From an uncultured Gemmatimonadales bacterium (GTDB taxonomy: Bacteria; Gemmatimonadota; Gemmatimonadetes; Gemmatimonadales; GWC2-71-9), in contig CAWCFX010000004.1 of assembly GCA_963795085.1 (NCBI GenBank), forward strand, positions 192,001 to 256,000: a DNA stretch of 64,000 bases, given 5' to 3'. Made by a program: the position numbers and the translations under genes. Numbering within the stretch: position 1 is the first letter of the stretch; every line of letters starts with the position of its first letter. The notes beneath the pieces are model-generated. The model had not been told where the DNA came from. It was given only the letters and a program-made list of their open reading frames with translations, and did not search any database. Of the stretch, positions 28,093-38,268 are shown piece after piece.

Positions 28093-30675
28093 TCAGGCCG
28101 GGGTGCCGGCCCGGCGCTTGAGCGCGGCAAGATGGTTCAGGGCCTCCAGCGGGGTCATGCCGTCGACGTCGAGGTCGCGGAGTTCGTCCATCATGGGATG
28201 CCGGGCGCCCTCAGCAAAGAGGTGCAGCTGGCTGGGGTCGCGCCGTTCAGGCTCCCCGGGGACCATCCGATGCTCTCCCTCGAGCGTGCCCAGGATCTCG
28301 CCGGCGCGCAGGATGACGTCCCGGGGCAGTCCCGCCAGCTGGGCGACGTGGATGCCATAGGAGCGGTCGGTGCCCCCCGGCTCCAGCCGGTGCAGAAAGG
28401 TGACGCTGCCTTCCAGTTCCCGCACGGCGACGTTGAAGTTCCGGGCGTGCTGCAGCCGCTCGGGCAACTGCATCAACTCATGATAATGGGTCGCGAACAT
28501 CGTCTTGCAGCCGATGCGATCGTGCAGGTGCTCGGTGACGGCCCAGGCGATCGCGACCCCGTCATAGGTGGAGGTCCCGCGGCCGATCTCATCGAGCAGG
28601 ACCAGGCTGCGCGCGGTGGCGTTGTGCAGGATGGCGCTCGTCTCGCTCATTTCGACCATGAACGTGGACTGCCCCCGCGCCAGGTTGTCGCTGGCACCGA
28701 CCCGGGTGAACAGCCGGTCCGCCACGCCGATCCGGGCCGTGCGAGCCGGTACGAAGGAGCCGACCTGGGCCAGCAGCACGCAGAGGCCGATCTGCCGCAG
28801 GATCGTGGATTTGCCCGCCATATTGGGGCCGGTGACCAGCAGGACCCGGGCGGCCGGATCAAACGCGACATCGTTGGGAATGAACGACTCGCGCGCCATC
28901 AGGCGCTCGATCACCGGGTGCCGGCTGCCCTGGAGGACCAGTTCGAAACCGTCGGTTACCGTGGGGCGGACATAGCGCTCCCGTACCGCGACCTGGGCCA
29001 GCGCCGCGTACACGTCGAGCTGGCTCACGCGGCGGGCCGCCCCCTGGATCCGGCCCGTCTCGGCCGCGACGAACTGCCGGAGCTGGGTAAAGAGTTCGCT
29101 CTCCCGGCGGGCGATCTCGTCCTCCGCCCCGAGGACCCGGGCCTCGTACTGCTTGAGTTCCGGAGTGACAAAGCGCTCGGCGCCGGTCAAGGTCTGCCGC
29201 CGCTCATAATCCGCCGGAACCCGGCCGGCATGCGCGTTGGTGATCTCCAGGAAATAGCCAAAGACCTTGTTGAAGCCGACCTTGAGCGACGGAATTCCGG
29301 TCCGCTCCCGCTCCCGCTGTTGCAGGGAAGCGATGTATTGCTTGCCGCCGTCCCGGAGCTGCCGCAGTTCATCCAGCGCGGGATCAAACCCCGGCCGGAT
29401 GACTTCCCCATCGGCCAGCATCGCCGGCGGCCGCTCGGCCAGCGCGGCTCCGAGTTGGGCGGCGAGGTCGCCGAGGAGGTCGAAGCCGCCGGTGATCCCG
29501 GTCAGCAGCTGGCTCCGGTCGGCCCCGGCGAGCCCGGTGAGCGATGCGAGGACATCGGGCAGCCGGGTGAACGAGTCGCGAAGCGCGCCCATGTCGCGGG
29601 GGGTGGCCCGCCCCGCCGCGACCCGTCCGGTCAGCCGCTCGAGATCGCGTACCCCATCCAGGGCTTCCGTCAGGCGTTCCCTGCCCCGCGGGTCCTGGGC
29701 CAGCACTTCGACGGCGTCCAGGCGGGCGTTGATGGCCTCGGGGTCGCAGAGCGGAGAAAGCAGCCAGCGGCGGAGTAAGCGGGCGCCCATCGGCGTAACG
29801 GTCGCGTCCAGGGCCTCGAGCACGGTGGCCCCCCGGGCACCCGCGCGCAGGGGCTCCACCAGTTCCAGGTTCCGGCGGGTCATTTCGTCCAGCCAGAGGT
29901 GGCTCTCGCTGCGCCGCACCTGGGGCCGTGAGAGGTGCGGCAGGCCAGCCGGCTGCAGTTCCGCCAGGTACCGAAGCAGCGCGCCGGCGGCACCGATGGC
30001 CGGCCAGTCATCTGGAGCCAGCCCCAGGCCATCGAGCGAGGCAAGCGCGAATCGCTGGGCGAGCTCCGGCCGGGCCAGCTCGGCGTCGAATTCCCAGCGC
30101 TCCCGCTCGGTGCGCAGGACGCCTTCCAGCGGCCGGGTGAAATCCGGGGGGACCACCAGCTCGGCGGGCGCCACTCGCGCCAGCGCCTCGTCGATGGCGT
30201 CGGCGTCGATCGTCTCCAGGGTGAATTCGCCGGTGCTCAGGTCAATCGCGGCAAGGCCGGCCCGCTCGGAGCCGGTCGCCAGGGCGGCGAGAAAGTTGTT
30301 GCGGCTGCCGGCGATGAAGGATTCATCGAGGATGGCACCCGGAGTCACCGTTTCAACGACCTCCCGCCGCACGATGCCCTTGGCCAGCCGGGGATCCTCC
30401 ACCTGCTCGCAGATGGCGACCCGGTGGCCATTCTGGACCAGTTGGCGCAGATACTCAGTGGCGGCTTTGACGGGAACGCCGGCCAGCGGGACGCCGTCTC
30501 CTCGCGAGGTGAGCGTGATGCCGAGAACGCGAGAGGCGAGTTCCGCGTCCTCGTAGAACATTTCGTAAAAATCGCCCATCCGGAAGAACAGGATGGATCC
30601 CTGGTGCCGGGACTTGATCTCCCGGTACTGTTGAATCAGCGGCGTGCCTGCCGGCTCGGCCAGCCGTCCGGTCAT
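28093..30675 (-). CDS. mutS: DNA mismatch repair protein MutS
   Basis: TPLIQQY, FRMGDFYEMF, GPNMAGKST, STFMVE, LDEIGRGT, ATHYHEL. Confidence 0.99.
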   Translation of the reverse strand: MTGRLAEPAGTPLIQQYREIKSRHQGSILFFRMGDFYEMFYEDAELASRVLGITLTSRGDGVPLAGVPVKAATEYLRQLVQNGHRVAICEQVEDPRLAKGIVRREVVETVTPGAILDESFIAGSRNNFLAALATGSERAGLAAIDLSTGEFTLETIDADAIDEALARVAPAELVVPPDFTRPLEGVLRTERERWEFDAELARPELAQRFALASLDGLGLAPDDWPAIGAAGALLRYLAELQPAGLPHLSRPQVRRSESHLWLDEMTRRNLELVEPLRAGARGATVLEALDATVTPMGARLLRRWLLSPLCDPEAINARLDAVEVLAQDPRGRERLTEALDGVRDLERLTGRVAAGRATPRDMGALRDSFTRLPDVLASLTGLAGADRSQLLTGITGGFDLLGDLAAQLGAALAERPPAMLADGEVIRPGFDPALDELRQLRDGGKQYIASLQQRERERTGIPSLKVGFNKVFGYFLEITNAHAGRVPADYERRQTLTGAERFVTPELKQYEARVLGAEDEIARRESELFTQLRQFVAAETGRIQGAARRVSQLDVYAALAQVAVRERYVRPTVTDGFELVLQGSRHPVIERLMARESFIPNDVAFDPAARVLLVTGPNMAGKSTILRQIGLCVLLAQVGSFVPARTARIGVADRLFTRVGASDNLARGQSTFMVEMSETSAILHNATARSLVLLDEIGRGTSTYDGVAIAWAVTEHLHDRIGCKTMFATHYHELMQLPERLQHARNFNVAVRELEGSVTFLHRLEPGGTDRSYGIHVAQLAGLPRDVILRAGEILGTLEGEHRMVPGEPERRDPSQLHLFAEGARHPMMDELRDLDVDGMTPLEALNHLAALKRRAGTPA

Positions 30676-31511
30676 GGCTGCTCGACGACGAAGGGCCCGC
30701 CGCCCAGCCGGGCCCGGATCTGCGAGGCCGCGGCTGCCGCGTCGGCGCGAGTCCCAAACCGGCCAACCCGTACCTTGATAAATCCACCCTCCCGCACGAT
30801 GTACGGCTCATACCCGGCGGTCCGAAGCTGATTCGCGGTCGCCTCGGCGGCCGCTTCCGTCCCGGCGGCCACGACCTGGACCGCAAACCGCCCCCCAGCC
30901 GCGAGTGGTGGCGCGGCGCCCGGCGAGATACCTGGAGAGGGAGCCGCCGGCTGAGTCGCGGCGGCCGATTCCGCCGAACAGCGGGGCGCATAGAAGTTGA
31001 GCTGGTTCTGCAGTTCGACGTCGTTGCCCGACTGGGCCAGTCCCTGGGCCAGCCAGCGGCAGGCTTCGGCGGTGTTTCGCATCTCAAAGTAGGCGCGCGC
31101 ACCCCAGAACCAGACCGTGGGAAGCAGTGGGCTGCTGGGATAGTCGGCCCGGATCCGCTCCAGGCCGCGAACGCTGGCGTCTGCCCTGCCCGCCCCGAAA
31201 TCCTCCTGCGCCAGGCCCAGGAGTGCGTCGTCGGCCCACGCCGAGCCGGCAAACTCCACGGCGACCCGTCGGAAATTCCGGCTCCTGTCGTTCGCGTCGC
31301 GCGCGACCAGCCCCATGGTGTAGACGATCTCCGGGTAGAGCGGATCGGTTTCCCGGGTGGCCGAGATCATCTCGGCGATCAGGGCGCGAGCCGAATCGCC
31401 GCCGCCATCCTGGGCCAGCCGGACCGCGGCGACCAGACGGCTGTCATCCTGCGCCCAGCCGGGCGAGGACCCGGCCAGCACGGCCAGACTCAACAGGGCC
31501 CATTGCTTCAT
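30672..31511 (-). CDS. Secreted TPR plus SPOR domain protein
   Basis: Signal MKQWALLSLAVLAG; TPR-like helices; FAVQVVA...KVRVGRFGTRADA SPOR domain. Confidence 0.85.
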   Translation of the reverse strand: MKQWALLSLAVLAGSSPGWAQDDSRLVAAVRLAQDGGGDSARALIAEMISATRETDPLYPEIVYTMGLVARDANDRSRNFRRVAVEFAGSAWADDALLGLAQEDFGAGRADASVRGLERIRADYPSSPLLPTVWFWGARAYFEMRNTAEACRWLAQGLAQSGNDVELQNQLNFYAPRCSAESAAATQPAAPSPGISPGAAPPLAAGGRFAVQVVAAGTEAAAEATANQLRTAGYEPYIVREGGFIKVRVGRFGTRADAAAAASQIRARLGGGPFVVEQP

Positions 31512-32566
31512 GCGGCTTCCCCCCAGCGATGTTCGGTCATCTGCAGCACCAGGTCCGTCACTACGGCCTGCTCGTCGGATATCCGGGTGTTCTTGAGCGC
31601 CTGGTCCGCCTGGAGGGCGGCGCGCACGCCTTTGCGAATCCATTCCATAGGCCAGCCCGGTGCCCACCGAGCCCACTTCTCGGACTCGGTACGCCAATCG
31701 CCCAGGCCAAAGGGCCGCAGGCTGAGCAGCATTGCCATCACCTTCTGCTGCAGGGCCCGGTTGCGCAGCCCCCGGTCAAAGTAGAGACGGGCCGTCGCCA
31801 GCCCAGCCAGGGACGATCCCAGGGTGGCGACCATCTTTACGCCGGACATACCAGGTTGGTTCAGCAGCGGGCCGATCATGGGAAGGGCCCGGGCAACGGC
31901 ACCCTCCATTACGTGGTCGCGCCATCCGGGGAGCGTCTCGCCTTGACGTACCCCGACGATGTCGGCCACGAACTCGAGGGTCACCGGCTGGGGGACCGCC
32001 AGGCTGGAAATCTTGTCCAGTTCCATGCGCAGCATACCGAGATCGTTGCCGACCGATTCCAGCAGATGCGAGGCGGCGTCCGGCGCCAGTTCACACTTCT
32101 GATTACGAGCATAGTGATTGATCCAGCGCAGCGCCCGGCCCACGGGCAACTGGGCGAACTCGATCGCGACAGCCCCACGGGCGAGGGCCGCATCGGCCTT
32201 GGCCTCGCCCGCGCCCTGGACCATGACCAGCACGGTATCGGGGCTCGGCTGCTTGAGGTACGTCTCCAGCACGGCTTTGAGCTTGGCCTTCCGCCTGGCC
32301 CCCTCGACTTCGCGCAAGACCACGACCCGGCGCTCGGCCATCATGGGCAGGGTGTTCAGCAGCGAATGAAGGCTGTCCGGATCCTGCTGGGACAAGGTGC
32401 GCTGGTCGTAGTTAAAGTCGCGGACCGCGGGATCGAGGGCCCGGTTCAGTACTGCCTCGATCGCATCTTCCTTGAGGATGTCTTCCGCGCCGTAGAAATA
32501 GTAGACCGGCGCCACCTCGCCGTTCTTGAGGGCGCGATGGAGTGAATCGAAATCGGGCTGAGCCAT
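31508..32566 (-). CDS. holA: DNA polymerase III delta subunit
   Basis: PVYYFYGAE, DFNYD, LPMMAERRVVV, GNDLGMLRMELDKI. Confidence 0.92.
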   Translation of the reverse strand: MAQPDFDSLHRALKNGEVAPVYYFYGAEDILKEDAIEAVLNRALDPAVRDFNYDQRTLSQQDPDSLHSLLNTLPMMAERRVVVLREVEGARRKAKLKAVLETYLKQPSPDTVLVMVQGAGEAKADAALARGAVAIEFAQLPVGRALRWINHYARNQKCELAPDAASHLLESVGNDLGMLRMELDKISSLAVPQPVTLEFVADIVGVRQGETLPGWRDHVMEGAVARALPMIGPLLNQPGMSGVKMVATLGSSLAGLATARLYFDRGLRNRALQQKVMAMLLSLRPFGLGDWRTESEKWARWAPGWPMEWIRKGVRAALQADQALKNTRISDEQAVVTDLVLQMTEHRWGEAA

Positions 32567-32717
32567 CATCAATCTTATCGATTTCGTGAGTGGTCTAACA
32601 GGGCGGCCAGGAAAAGACGGGAGATCCGCGCGGTTACACACGGCAGGAGAACCGGCCGTCCGCGCGAGGCGGGACGCGGAAAAGAGCTGGGGGGGCAAGC
32701 GTTCGCCTGGATGCGTA

Positions 32718-32746
32718 TTGACAAATATGTCTGTCCAGACAGATTT
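32718..32746 (+). promoter_or_regulatory. Promoter/operator of the HTH-SRPBCC operon
   Basis: TTGACA -35 overlapping a GACA-N8-TGTC palindrome. Confidence 0.5.
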
Positions 32747-32753
32747 GAATGAC

Positions 32754-33380
32754 ATGAACCAGGTAGATATTGAATATCTTACCGAAATAGATAGACTTAC
32801 AGTGCTTCTTCATCCGCTCCGACTTCAGATCATGGAGCTGGCTATTGAGGAAACCTCCGGCACTGATGCCGCGCGCCAGCTGGGCCTGCCCCGCCAAATG
32901 GTGAACTACCATGTTTCGGCGTTGGAGCGGGCGGGATTTCTCATCCCGGTCAGCGAAGTTCGCCGCCGGAACATGATCGAGCGGCGCCTCATGTCGAGTG
33001 CGCGGACCTACCTGATCAGTCCCGACATCCTGGGGCCTTTGAGCGCCTCCGCCCGCCGCACTGCGGACTGGTCGGCCCCGGAGGCGCTCCTGTCGCTGAC
33101 GGGCAAAGTTCAGCGGGACCTGGCCCCGGCGATCCGCGGCTCGCCCGATGGTAGCTTGCCCCCTTCAGTTCTTTCGTCCTTTTCCAAGCTGCATTTTCGC
33201 ACCGAGGATTCCCGCCGCGGGTTCGTCCGGGCGTTCGGCGACATGGCGAGTCGCATCGTCCGGGAATTCGTGGCGCGCGGGGCCGAGCCGGGATCGACGA
33301 TTCCGGCGTATGGGCTGGTACTCGGTTTCTATCCCCTTCCCCGCAGTTCGGTCCAACCTCGAGAGGGAGAGCCGCAATGA
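32754..33380 (+). CDS. ArsR-like winged-helix regulator
   Basis: LLHPLRLQIM...ARQLGLPRQMVNYHVSALERAG. Confidence 0.85.
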   Translation: MNQVDIEYLTEIDRLTVLLHPLRLQIMELAIEETSGTDAARQLGLPRQMVNYHVSALERAGFLIPVSEVRRRNMIERRLMSSARTYLISPDILGPLSASARRTADWSAPEALLSLTGKVQRDLAPAIRGSPDGSLPPSVLSSFSKLHFRTEDSRRGFVRAFGDMASRIVREFVARGAEPGSTIPAYGLVLGFYPLPRSSVQPREGEPQ

Positions 33381-34234
33381 CGGCGTTTGCCGGTGAGCAG
33401 AGCGCGGGAGGCCGGGCAATTGAAGTCGACCTGGTGACCAGGGCGGACTCCGCCCGGGTGTGGGAGGCGGTCACCAACCCCGCCCGGGTGGTGGAATGGT
33501 TTGCCGACCGGGCCGAAGGCGGCACCCGGCCGGGCGATACGATCACCTGGAGCTTCGATCGCATGGCATCGGAACTCTCGTTTACGGTCAACCCGCTCAC
33601 GGCACCCGGTCGCCTGGTGCTGGAGGGAACCCGTGGAACGCCCGGTCACCTCGAGCTCATGGTCGGAGCCGCGCACGATGGCACCCGGGTCAGCCTGATC
33701 CATTCCGGACTGCCACAGGAATCCGACTGGGACGACGATTACCGCTCCCTGGCCGCGGGATGGCGGCTGGCGCTCGCGGTGCTTCGCTACTACGCGGAGT
33801 TCCATTTCGGCCAGCCCCGAAAACAGTTCTTCGCGTCCCGTCTGGGCCGGTTCTCCCTGGCCCGGCTGGTGACACTCTTCCACGAGCCGGCTGGGCTACA
33901 GGATTGGCTGACCGAGGGCGGCAGCATGGGTACGCCCGGCGGGCGGGTTCACCTCGCGCTCAAGACCGGAGAAACCCTGCGGGGTGACATGCTGGCCGAT
34001 ACCGGCACCGACATTGCCATGGCATGGGATGAAATCGGTGGGGTGCTTCAGTTGCGCACGCTCCCGGGAGGGCATGATCGGGATAGCCGGCTGGTCTGCG
34101 CGACGGGTTGGGGGTGGGGCGTATCGTCCGAGCGAGTCCGCCAGATCGAAATCGAACTGGCGGCGGCGCTGGAGCGACTCGAACGGGCGGTGGATCCGGT
34201 CGAATCGGGGCAGGGGGTGCTTCAATCGAGGTAG
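33377..34234 (+). CDS. SRPBCC/Aha1-like domain protein
   Basis: RVWEAVTNP...WF, GTRVSLIHSG, GW; ATGA overlap with the regulator. Confidence 0.8.
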   Translation: MTAFAGEQSAGGRAIEVDLVTRADSARVWEAVTNPARVVEWFADRAEGGTRPGDTITWSFDRMASELSFTVNPLTAPGRLVLEGTRGTPGHLELMVGAAHDGTRVSLIHSGLPQESDWDDDYRSLAAGWRLALAVLRYYAEFHFGQPRKQFFASRLGRFSLARLVTLFHEPAGLQDWLTEGGSMGTPGGRVHLALKTGETLRGDMLADTGTDIAMAWDEIGGVLQLRTLPGGHDRDSRLVCATGWGWGVSSERVRQIEIELAAALERLERAVDPVESGQGVLQSR

Positions 34235-34803
34235 GGCTCGATCGCCGCGGCGAAGTGGCGGCGGGCGCGGTTCAGCCGGCTTTTGACGGTGCCCAGTTGG
34301 GTCTCGGTGAGCCGCGCGATGTCCTCATAGGACTTGCCTTCCAGTTCACGGAGAACAAACACCTCCCGGTGCTGATCCGAAAGACGGGAGACGCAGTGGG
34401 TGACTGCCTCCTGGAGGTAGCGCTGGCGGTACATCTCATCGGGCCGGCTCCGGCTGTCCTCAAACTGCAAGGGCGCCGTTTCCCGGCCAGACCCGGTTTC
34501 CAGTTGTTGGAAGAGCACCACCCGGTTCCGTGCCCGGTTGCGTAGCTCGTTCTTCGCGAGGTTGGATGCGATGGTGTAGATCCACGTGGAGAACTGGCGG
34601 GACTGGTCAAATCGCGGCAAATGCCGATGCACCCGGATGAATGCTTCCTGGACCAGGTCCTCGGCCCGCTCTCGATCTCCGATCATTCTGTTAACGAAGT
34701 GGATCAGCCGCTGCGAATATCGCTGAAAAAGCTGGTCGAAGGCATGGGCATCTCCGGACAGGTAGGCCCCGACCAGCGCCGAATTTTCCAGCAACACAGC
34801 CAT
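34222..34803 (-). CDS. ECF RNA polymerase sigma factor
   Basis: AEDLVQEAF, FSTWIYTIASN, SYEDIA, GTVKSRLNRAR. Confidence 0.93.
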   Translation of the reverse strand: MAVLLENSALVGAYLSGDAHAFDQLFQRYSQRLIHFVNRMIGDRERAEDLVQEAFIRVHRHLPRFDQSRQFSTWIYTIASNLAKNELRNRARNRVVLFQQLETGSGRETAPLQFEDSRSRPDEMYRQRYLQEAVTHCVSRLSDQHREVFVLRELEGKSYEDIARLTETQLGTVKSRLNRARRHFAAAIEPYLD

Positions 34804-34896
34804 AAACACTGATCCTGTAAAGGCTTAAGAAAGCATGGCGCCCGGGACATCTGGAGGTCCCACAGGAGCCTACCTTATACAAGATCCCACGTTCGT

Positions 34897-35439
34897 TCAA
34901 TCTTTCTTTACAAAACCTTGTACAAACAATATCGCGGTGAGTGTTTTGGCGTCCAGGATCTCGCCAGAACGCACTTTGGTAATGACCTGGCTCCAGCGCA
35001 TCGCGCGGAGTTCCAGGAACTCATCCGGCTCCCGGCGGTGAGCCCCGGCGGTGAGCCCGGAACCGAGGAAGAGGTGGATCCGTTCGTCGGTGAACCCGGG
35101 AGTCGTGTAGATGGTGGTCAAAGGCTCCAGGCGGGCGGCAACGAATCCGGTTTCTTCGGCCAGCTCCCGGGCGGCGCATGCGGAGGGGGCTTCTCCGGCA
35201 TCCAGCCGGCCAGCGGGTATTTCGAGGATCCAGTCATCTGCGGCGTGCCGGAACTGGCGAATCAGGACCACCCGGGGATCGGGTGTTGCCGGGTCATCCA
35301 GGAACGGGAGCACTGCAGCCGCTCCGGAATGCCTGATCATCTCCAGGGTCCCGGTGCTGCCGTCGGGAAAGCGGACCGTATCGGCGTCCAGATTGAGCAC
35401 CTTTCCGGTGTACAGGCGCTCCGTGCTCACCAGGGTCAC
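34897..35439 (-). CDS. NUDIX hydrolase (ADP-ribose pyrophosphatase-like)
   Basis: LIRQFR, EIPAGRLDAGE...AARELAEETG, TPGFTDE. Confidence 0.92.
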   Translation of the reverse strand: MTLVSTERLYTGKVLNLDADTVRFPDGSTGTLEMIRHSGAAAVLPFLDDPATPDPRVVLIRQFRHAADDWILEIPAGRLDAGEAPSACAARELAEETGFVAARLEPLTTIYTTPGFTDERIHLFLGSGLTAGAHRREPDEFLELRAMRWSQVITKVRSGEILDAKTLTAILFVQGFVKKD

Positions 35440-36884
35440 GGCACCTCGCTCCCAGTCATGTCCCGGACCGACACCGGGCCCAGGCCCAGCGCTTCGATTC
35501 CCGGCCGAATGGAGGCAAGGTCGCCGACGACCACCACGGTGAACCGGTCCGGCCGGACGTACCGTCGAGCGACGCGCTGCACGTCCGCCGCAGAGATAGC
35601 CATGACGCGAGGGACGTAATCGTTGTAATAAGTCATCGGGAGGCCGAAGCGCACCAGGCCCCCGACCTGCCCGGCCATTTGGGTCGTGGTCTCGAAATCA
35701 CCGGCCAGTCCCAGGGCCAGGTAGGCCTTGGCGCGTTCCAGTTCCACTTCGTCCACCGGTTCGGTCCGCAACCGCTCGAACTCCCTGAAGAACTCAATGA
35801 GCGAGCTGTCGGTGACATTGGTCCGGACCGAGGAGCGTGCCAGGAACGGGCCCGGCACCGGCCGGTAACTGAAACCTGAGCCGGCGCCGTAGGTGTAACC
35901 CAGTTCCTCCCGCAGCCGGGAGTTGAGTCGCGATGAGAAGGAGCCTCCCAGGAGCGTGTTCATCACCTCGATGGCCGCGTAGTCCGGGTTGTTCCGATCG
36001 ACGCCCCCGGCGCCGATCATGATCACGGACTGGGCGGCACCGGGCTTATCCACCAGGAAAACCGACGTAGCCCGGTCCACCGCGGCCGGGGGCAAGGCAG
36101 GCGAGGCGGAGGGCCGCGCGCCCCTCCAGGCGCTGAACCTCCGCTCCACGGCCGAGCGGGCCTCGGCCAGGGTAATATCGCCCGTCACGACCATGATCGA
36201 ACTGGCCGGAGAAAAGTTCGTCTCGTAGAATGCCCGGACCCGCGCGGAGTCGAGGGCGGCAGTGGCGGCGGAGTCTCCCCCAAGGGAGCGGTGATAAGGG
36301 TGATCCTCGGGGAAAAGCAGCGCGTTGAATGCCAGCGCAGCCATGGTGTTGGGCTGGTCCCGCTGCTGCAGAATGCCGGCCAGGCGAAGGTCCCGCTGGC
36401 GGGCGACCTCGGTGACCCTGAAGGCAGGCCGCAGCGCCACGTCCGCCATGAGATCCAGGGCGGGGCCCATGGTGCGGCGGGGGACCTTGAGGCTCACATA
36501 GCTGGCATCCCAGTCGGCGAAAGTGCCGAGGCTGGCGCCCAGGTACGCGGCCTCCGAGGCGAGGCCCATGGCATCCCGGCTCCCGGCGCCTTCGTCGAGC
36601 ATTTCCGCCGTGAACGATGCAATACCGCTCATCATCGCGTCACGGCGGCCCCCGCCCTGGACGCTCAGCGTGAACTGGACCACCGGAACCTCGTGCATCT
36701 CGACGACATAAAGCGTCAGGCCGTTCGGTAACCGGGTGGTCTGGACCGGGGGCATGGTGACCCGGGCCGGCGGCCGGAGGGCAGGGGGCCGGGTGCGGTC
36801 CACCGCCGCACCCTGGGCGTCGAGGCTGGCGGCCGCCCCGGCGAGCAGGACGGCGGCTATTAGTGCGGGAAACGAGCGATTCAT
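35436..36884 (-). CDS. M16 peptidase, non-catalytic subunit
   Basis: LPNGL, LGGSFSSRLNSRLREELGYTYG; no HxxEH. Confidence 0.9.
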   Translation of the reverse strand: MNRSFPALIAAVLLAGAAASLDAQGAAVDRTRPPALRPPARVTMPPVQTTRLPNGLTLYVVEMHEVPVVQFTLSVQGGGRRDAMMSGIASFTAEMLDEGAGSRDAMGLASEAAYLGASLGTFADWDASYVSLKVPRRTMGPALDLMADVALRPAFRVTEVARQRDLRLAGILQQRDQPNTMAALAFNALLFPEDHPYHRSLGGDSAATAALDSARVRAFYETNFSPASSIMVVTGDITLAEARSAVERRFSAWRGARPSASPALPPAAVDRATSVFLVDKPGAAQSVIMIGAGGVDRNNPDYAAIEVMNTLLGGSFSSRLNSRLREELGYTYGAGSGFSYRPVPGPFLARSSVRTNVTDSSLIEFFREFERLRTEPVDEVELERAKAYLALGLAGDFETTTQMAGQVGGLVRFGLPMTYYNDYVPRVMAISAADVQRVARRYVRPDRFTVVVVGDLASIRPGIEALGLGPVSVRDMTGSEVP

Positions 36885-38248
36885 GGGGTTGCCTCCGTGG
36901 CCGTTATGGCCATGTCGAGTTTGCCTTGCGGCACGATGCTGAGGATGACCCGGTGGCCCCCCAGGTAGTGCCGCGCAACTCGCTGGATGTCGCCGGCCGT
37001 GACGGCGCGGTAGCGGGCGAGGTCCTGCTGGAAATTGCCCGGCACGCCGACGAAGTAGTAATAGCTATTCAACTGGTCCGCCTTCGAGCTGATCTGCTCG
37101 AGCCCGTTGAGGAACGAGGATTCAGTGGCGTTCTGGGCCTGTTCCAGTTCCCGGGCGGTGGGCCCCTCCTCCATCAGGCGCTTCAACTGCGCGTCGATCG
37201 AGGCCTGCAGCTCCGGAAGGGTGTGGCCGGGCCGGGCGGTGGCGAACACCGTGAAATCGCCATCCAGCCGCTTGCCGTCGTGGAACGCCACGACATTGGT
37301 GGCGATCTGGCGGTCGTAGACCAGTTCCTGGGTCAGGCGGCTGTTCTTGGCGCCCGACAGCAGGTAGCCCAGCAGGTCCAGCGCCGCATCGTCTTCGGAA
37401 TAGACCCGGGTCGTGTGCCAGTTGAAGTACACCCGGGGCAGCTGCACCCGGTCTTCAAGAACGACCACGGTATCGCGGGTCAGGGTGAAGGATGGCGCCG
37501 CCGGCCGCTCGATGGCGGGGCCCCGGGGGATCTCGCCGAAGTACTGCCGGACCAAACGCTTCACCTCAGCGGCACTCACATCCCCGGCCACGGTCAGCAC
37601 CGCATTGTTGGGCGCGTAGTAGCGGCGGAAGAACTCCCGGGTATCGTCCAGGGAGGCGGCACCCAGGTCGTTCATGGAGCCGATCACGGACCAGGAGTAG
37701 GGGTGGCCAGCCGGGTACAGCGACTGGGCCAGCGTCTCCCGCGCCAGTCCGTAGGGCTGATTTTCATAGCTCTGACGCCGCTCGTTTTTCACGATCTCGC
37801 GCTGGGCGTCCACCTTTTCGGCGTTCATGGTCGAGAGGAACCATCCCATGCGATCGGCCTCGAGCCATAACATCAACGGCAGCGAGTTGGCGGGGCCTTC
37901 TTCGTAGTAGTTGGTGCGGTCGTTGGTGGTGGAGCCGTTATTGCTCGCCCCCGCAGCTTCGAGCAGCCGGTCGAAGGCCGGATACTCGGCGTGTTCGGAC
38001 CCCATGAACATGAGGTGCTCGAAGAGGTGAGCGAACCCGGTGCGGCCGGGTTTTTCGTCTCCCGACCCGACCATGTACCAGATGTTGACGGCCACGGTGG
38101 GCACGGAGTGGTCCTCGTGCACAATGAGCGTCAACCCGTTCTCCAGGGTGTCGACCACAATGGGAACCGACAACCGGGTGGCCTGGGCCCCGAGGGGTAG
38201 TGCCCCGGACAGGGTACCGGCGATAATGAGTGTCCAGCGACGAAACAT
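36881..38248 (-). CDS. M16 peptidase, catalytic subunit
   Basis: GFAHLFEHLMF (HxxEH), NGST, LEADRM, YAPNNA. Confidence 0.93.
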   Translation of the reverse strand: MFRRWTLIIAGTLSGALPLGAQATRLSVPIVVDTLENGLTLIVHEDHSVPTVAVNIWYMVGSGDEKPGRTGFAHLFEHLMFMGSEHAEYPAFDRLLEAAGASNNGSTTNDRTNYYEEGPANSLPLMLWLEADRMGWFLSTMNAEKVDAQREIVKNERRQSYENQPYGLARETLAQSLYPAGHPYSWSVIGSMNDLGAASLDDTREFFRRYYAPNNAVLTVAGDVSAAEVKRLVRQYFGEIPRGPAIERPAAPSFTLTRDTVVVLEDRVQLPRVYFNWHTTRVYSEDDAALDLLGYLLSGAKNSRLTQELVYDRQIATNVVAFHDGKRLDGDFTVFATARPGHTLPELQASIDAQLKRLMEEGPTARELEQAQNATESSFLNGLEQISSKADQLNSYYYFVGVPGNFQQDLARYRAVTAGDIQRVARHYLGGHRVILSIVPQGKLDMAITATEATP

Positions 38249-38268
38249 CAGGTGCCTCGGGATAAGGT